Source of the DNA: the human T2T-CHM13v2.0 reference genome, Homo sapiens
DNA length: 64,000 bases
Strand: one strand, 5' to 3'
NCBI RefSeq assembly: GCF_009914755.1
Contig: NC_060927.1
Shown here: positions 61,301 to 64,000 of the stretch, piece by piece
How positions within the stretch are numbered: position 1 is the first letter of the stretch
Layout of the letters: each line of letters begins with the position of its first letter
Program-made: the position numbers and the translations under genes
Notes under the pieces: model-generated
Told to the model about the DNA's origin: nothing
What the model saw: only the letters and a program-made list of their open reading frames with translations
Database searches by the model: none

Positions 61301-62280
61301 AAAAAAGGACCGTTGATAATTTCAAATGTGTATATATATATATATTTTGGTATTAAGCATTGAATGTCATTTTACAATCAAAGTGGAAATAAGACAACAT
61401 TGGGTTTTGTTATTTTAAAAAATAAAATACCATTTAAAAATAAATATAAGTAGGTTATATCTAGAGATGGTTTTCTAATCCAAATATTGTCCCACAGTTA
61501 AAACCAGTGTTTTTGTATGTAACTTAATTTCCCTCCAACGTGAATTTTGTCTTAAACCTTTCATCAATTCATTAAATGAAGGTTTGAGACACCCAACTTC
61601 ACATTATTTGAATAAAGAATACTTTTATTTGATTCAACTACAATGAAGATGAAGGATAAATTGTGATTACTACCCTACACATAAATACGTAATATCATCA
61701 AAGACAAAAATCTAATAAGAAAGACTAATTATACTTTGTTTTTATCTTTTTTAGTGGGGAGGGAGAGGTGGTTACTATTATGAAGCTGCCTGTGTTGGTG
61801 TGAAATTAGTCTTAAGAGTTTTATGTTCTTTATATAAAGGCGCCTATTTATAAGAAGAGCCAATATTTTGGGTTTGCTGCCTCGTTTATGAGAGTGACAA
61901 GCCTGAAATAAATATGTAAAAGAGTGTTCCTGCTTGAGAACAATTCCTGAAATATAAGTTAAAATGTACTATGCCTCAACCAGCAAAATCTTCACTAACA
62001 TATCGTCATACTTGGTTTAGGTCCTCCAGTTTATTAAAAGAAGTATCTGTACATTTTTAAATTTTACTAATGTATAGGCTGTAAGCAGTATTTAGGTTTA
62101 AGCCTGGTAATTACAGGAATTTGAATTAACCCTAAGATTATAGTCTCAGTAGCCAGGTGAGAATTAAAGGTTCAAATGTTTTGCTAATTATTGAGACTAA
62201 GGGGTTTCTAGATAGGGCATAATTGTTAATTCAAAGAGGACACTAGTTTGCAACTTAATAGCAAAATCTACTTGTTAAAA

Positions 62281-62305
62281 ACACACACACAGACACACAC
62301 ACACA
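62281..62305 (+). repeat. Interrupted (CA)n microsatellite
   Basis: Directly visible. Confidence 0.85.
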
Positions 62306-63316
62306 ACTTTGCTAATATGGGCTTTTCAAAACAATGCTGGGAAAGAATGTTCACTTGTATCCTCAGCATCGGTGGGTGTTTTGCAGAATAAAGACTGGGA
62401 GGTTAATTTTCAAGTCATCCTTTGCCCTGAATTATGTGCTCTGAATTATATATGTAATGGTTTTATGTTACCACGGTTTGGCCACTTAAAATACTGCTTT
62501 CATATTGGCAATTTAATTTTTTATTGAAAGGTGATGCTCAAATTCATTAATCCCTAGAATATATACTATAGAGTAATATTAAAAAGAAACAGCACATTTC
62601 CTAAATGCATCTAATTATTTTTTTAAAATCTCAAAATTAAGATGGTTTTTCTGGAATATTTAGGTACTGAAGTTCTGTTTTCTTCAATGAATGCAATTAT
62701 CTAGCATACTTTTGATAGAATATTTTTATAAAATCATTTGTTCTAATCTAAGCATTTATCATTATATGCAAAAAGATTTCTTGATGAGAATATTATAGAC
62801 GGTGCATGTTTTTGACATTAGCATTTTATTTGGATGACTAATCTTGCAGATGTGAAATTTTAATGAATTATTCATGAAATTGCTTTCCTCTGAAATTTTA
62901 GTTTGCTCTTAATGCTAGTTATTAAACATTTTGTTTTTCTTTATAAAATTTGATGAAAAAAATAAGAGTGTGCTTCCTCAAGAGAAAAGATAACATCTCT
63001 TGCTCTTTTTTTTTTACTTCCCAATTCTCTAAGTGGATACTTTCACTTGGAAATCCTGAGGATAAGAGCTTCAGCCTTCCCTGATCATGAAAGCTTTAAG
63101 ATTGATTTTAATTCTGCATTGGAAGCAGCTGGTGATAAACCTAAGGCATATGCCTAACATACAATATCAGCAGGTCAGAAAGGGAAACAAACTTAGGCTG
63201 TGGCAACTTTTACTACCAGCGTGAACAACCAGCATTTTTATTGCATTTGAGAATGCTTATAATGTCAGTAATTAGTACTGACTACACAACATTTTTTTTA
63301 TTGTCTGTATCCGCAG

Positions 63317-63613
63317 ACATGGAATGATGGAATTACAGTTGATGTCAAGGAATGAGTTTCTTTTATGCCTTATCAAAACAAAACAAAACAAAACAAAAAA
63401 ATTCTTGTTACTGGCAGCACATATACATGAAGCACCATGCTCACAGTCCGGACTGTATCATCTTCATCAAGGCTTATGGGTAGCAGAGATTGCGTGAGCT
63501 ACACTGGGCCCAAGAAATGCCTTCAGCATTGTAAATCTGATTTTCAGGATAAAGAAGCAAAACTGACTTTGAAGACATCCAGAATTTCAGGAGGCTATGT
63601 CATTAACCAAAAG
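63317..63613 (+). ncRNA. SOX2-OT: Probable lncRNA exon (297 nt), tentatively SOX2 overlapping transcript
   Basis: Branch point tactgac (63276-63282), T tract and cgcag acceptor with no intervening AG; donor AAG|GTACCA at 63613/63614. The gene name rests only on my recollection of the transcript sequence and needs BLAT confirmation. Confidence 0.45.
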
Positions 63614-64000
63614 GTACCAAAAAGATTCAAAATCTGAATAAGCACACTCTTCTTTGTGCCTTTGGAAACGGAGTTCAGCTGGAATATGGAAAAGAGAGGA
63701 AATATTTTTTAACTCTATTTTTTTTCATGAGGAAAAAAAAGCTAGTGATTTACAGCCTATCTTGGGTTAAGAATCCAAGGTTTTCTTTACTAGGTCTGAC
63801 TGGATGCTGGGGATGGTGTTAGAGCTGTCCAAAGGTGGCAGGACTGGTGGTAACTCTTCACGTATGTACATAAGCCTTGATATTCCATTTTGTGGCTGGT
63901 CCAAGGGGCAGCCTAACTCATCTTACAAGACGGACTCTAGGGACAGGTAGGTTGGATCCTCATTCCTGACAGTGCATTTGTCTGACACACGGGACTACCT

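Overview
Primate, very likely human, genomic DNA from an intronic or intergenic region. It is CpG-depleted, AT-rich and dominated by interspersed repeats: a full-length but broken L1PA4-like LINE-1 (995-7454, minus, with TSD), about 20 Alu/FLAM/FRAM/FAM SINEs, old L1M, L2 and MIR copies, MaLR/ERVL LTRs (MLT1, MLT2, THE1) and hAT/Tigger MITEs. No host protein-coding exon is supported, and nearly all ORFs in the track are L1, Alu or chance ORFs. The last ~4.5 kb is repeat-poor and enhancer-like. It holds a well-formed + strand exon (63317-63613) that from memory resembles the lncRNA SOX2-OT (unverified). Most interesting observations: (1) a TSD-less 334-bp foreign insert (LTR10 promoter half plus unique flank) inside L1 ORF2, just upstream of a stop-free 464-codon ORF2 C-terminal frame; (2) an intact L1 ORF0 pointing toward the downstream exon, in a compatible splice phase; (3) a 148-bp-arm inverted repeat of apparently non-TE sequence (51589-52067); (4) a perfect 69-bp palindrome in a TA-rich minisatellite; (5) local templated duplications; (6) atypical Alu insertions. 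Repeat family names come from recalled consensus sequences, and boundaries of old repeats are approximate. I see no convincing novel multi-gene system.
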